Assembly: GCA_016699205.1 (NCBI GenBank)
Contig: CP064964.1
Location: forward strand, 900,001 to 932,000
Source: Candidatus Saccharimonadota bacterium
Lineage (GTDB): Bacteria; Patescibacteriota; Patescibacteriia; 2-12-FULL-60-25
Direction: 5' to 3'
DNA: 32,000 nt
Shown: positions 30,530 to 32,000 of the stretch, piece after piece
How positions within the stretch are numbered: position 1 is the first letter of the stretch
Layout of the letters: each line of letters begins with the position of its first letter
Translations under genes and position numbers: made by a program
The notes under the pieces: model-generated
What the model saw: only the letters and a program-made list of their open reading frames with translations
What the model was told of the DNA's origin: nothing
The model's database searches: none

Positions 30530-31156
30530 ATGTTCGGCTTGACCACAGAAGAATTAAGGTTGCTTCGCCGGTTAAATTCTCCGCGCAAGGTTCAGGATTT
30601 TTTAAATACTCTTGAACAGAATCATGAGCCTGAAGGCGATACATGTCTTTCGCCGCGCCGAGTGATACGGGAAAAGCGTGCGCACTGCATTGAGGGAGCG
30701 ATGCTGGCTGCGTTGGCTTTTCGTCTTCAGGGTCAGAAGCCGCTTATTCTTGATCTTGAAAGTGCTTTTCATGATGTTGACCATGTCGTCGCGCTTTTTA
30801 AGCAGCATGGATACTGGGGAGCGGTATCCAAAACAAATCATGCGGTACTGCGATATCGCGAGCCTGTTTATCGTACGATACGGGAGCTGGTTCTATCGTA
30901 CTTCCATGAATATTTTGATAAGAATGGCTTCAAAACATTGAGGCGCTATTCACAACCTGTCGACCTTTCGCGTTTTGATAAGCAAGGGTGGATGACGAGC
31001 GAGGGGGACGTCTGGTTTGTTGCGCAATATCTTGTGGATGTAAGCCATGAAGCTTTATTAACCCGGTCGCAGATCGCGACGTTAAGGCGGGCCGATTCGA
31101 TCGAGATCAAGATCGGGGAGATCGTTGAGTGGAAAAATGGGAGGCGCGTTTCGTGA
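30530..31156 (+). CDS. hypothetical protein, possibly transglutaminase-like cysteine-protease fold
   Basis: ATG 30530 gives MFGLTTEELRLL...; ...RAHCIEGAMLAALAF...HDVDHVVALF... suggests a Cys/His/Asp arrangement; weak assignment. Confidence 0.5.
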   Translation: MFGLTTEELRLLRRLNSPRKVQDFLNTLEQNHEPEGDTCLSPRRVIREKRAHCIEGAMLAALAFRLQGQKPLILDLESAFHDVDHVVALFKQHGYWGAVSKTNHAVLRYREPVYRTIRELVLSYFHEYFDKNGFKTLRRYSQPVDLSRFDKQGWMTSEGDVWFVAQYLVDVSHEALLTRSQIATLRRADSIEIKIGEIVEWKNGRRVS

Positions 31157-31169
31157 TAACATTGGGTTG

Positions 31170-31888
31170 ATGTCTGAAAATCCTTTTTCACGTATTGAGC
31201 AGGATCGCGAGCGTATGCTTCGCAGCGTGGAGTATTTACGCAGCAAGTCCAAGATTTTATTTTTGACGACTTCCAATCGTTGGCTTGGGGAGAAGCAGGA
31301 CTTACCAAAAAGTACGATGCTCGCCAATAAGATGGCGGAGATGCTGGGTGATAAAGTGACGGTTATTGATGTTACGACGCTCAAAGTCTACCCGTGTGAA
31401 GGCAATGTTTCTACGGGGCGTGGAAATACTTGTGGGGAAAAAGGCGCGCTCCTCGATGATAAGGAAAAGAATCCTTCTGGCTGTCATCGATGTTATGCGA
31501 GCATGAATAATCCGGACGATGAACTGTGGGAAATCAGCAAACCGCTTTTAGAATCAGATGCCGTGGTATTTTTTGGATCCGTGCGATGGGGCCAGATGAA
31601 TGCGTTTTATCAGAAACTCATCGAGCGATTAACCTGGCTCGAGAATCGTCACTCGACATTAGGTGAGAGTAATGTGCTGGCGAATATTGATGCTGGGCTG
31701 ATTGCTGTCGGTCATAACTTGCGCGGGAAAGAGGTCGTGGATGCGCAAAAGAGGTTCACGGATTTTTTGGATTCAGAACACCGGGTGAACTTTATTGGAA
31801 TTGGTCTTTTACGACGCCCGAGGATGAGACGAATGTTTCGTATCAGGATGCGACTAAGGCATTTCGTGAGACGTTTATTGAGAGTTGA
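31170..31888 (+). pseudogene. flavodoxin-like-fold / NAD(P)H-dependent FMN reductase-like protein with 4-Cys insert, frameshifted near the 3' end
   Basis: ILFLTTSNR...AVVFFGSVRWGQMNAFYQKLIERL...; after about 31770 the listed frame becomes Arg-rich nonsense, while frame +2 reads ...FFGFRTPGELYWNWSFTTPEDETNVSYQDATKAFRETFIES to TGA 31886..31888. Confidence 0.6.
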
Positions 31889-31927
31889 TCTCTTATTTTT
31901 TCTTGATATTTGTGATATAGTCAGGCC

Positions 31928-32000
31928 ATGAACCTTGTGTTTCAATTCTTTTTACGTTTGCGAAAGAATAGCGTATTTTTTCTTGTCGTATTCGCTTCTT
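31928..32000 (+). CDS. possible 5' end of a further ORF (MNLVFQFFLRLRKNSVFFLVVFAS...), runs out of the window
   Basis: ATG 31928, open to the window end, hydrophobic; too short to judge. Confidence 0.2.
   Translation, partial: MNLVFQFFLRLRKNSVFFLVVFAS

Noticed and set aside
1-32000. CRISPR arrays, IS elements/transposases, integrases, rRNA genes and prophage genes
   Set aside because: Reading both strands showed no regularly spaced direct repeats, no terminal inverted repeats flanking a transposase-like ORF, and no rRNA-like sequence.

Overview
Bacterial chromosomal window. Bases 1-11216 (+ strand) carry a tightly packed ribosomal-protein superoperon segment: rplC (3' end), rplD, rplW, rplB, rpsS, rplV, rpsC, rplP, rpmC, rpsQ, rplN, rplX, rplE, rpsN (Zn type), rpsH, rplF, rplR, rpsE, rplO, secY, adk, map. 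There is no L30 gene between rpsE and rplO. Gene junctions are 1-20 nt and mostly lack Shine-Dalgarno sequences, and several r-proteins carry low-complexity tails. This is consistent with, but does not prove, a Patescibacteria/CPR-like lineage. The cluster stops at map instead of continuing with infA-rpmJ-rpsM. In that position sits an unrecognisable 375-aa ORF with its own consensus promoter, a GGAGG SD and r-protein-like GC3-rich codon usage. The rest is accessory: frameshifted fpg; an OmpR-type response regulator; a 37-aa mini-ORF ending APWGH; a 6-TM histidine kinase (frameshifted); a DxDDTA terpene-cyclase-like barrel; and, in the same frame after a single TGA, a DDxxD isoprenoid-synthase-fold protein. 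I read this group as a possible ComQXPA-like prenylated-peptide signalling cassette, and it is my top candidate for a novel system. Downstream are a DUF4015-like glycosidase, YceI, an ECF sigma / membrane protein / LTXXQ module, a methyltransferase, two convergent FAD oxidoreductases (CrtI-like and amine-oxidase-like), a lipoprotein, an HD-domain (p)ppGpp-hydrolase-like protein, tRNA-Trp(CCA), an NAD(P)H oxidoreductase, a DUF2132-like protein, an LRR lipoprotein, msrA, two tandem secreted paralogs of unknown function, a coiled-coil protein, a transglutaminase-like protein and a frameshifted flavodoxin-like protein. Three frameshifts, each with a short homopolymer run as the most obvious candidate site, suggest assembly errors or real decay. 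No CRISPR array, transposase, integrase or rRNA was seen.
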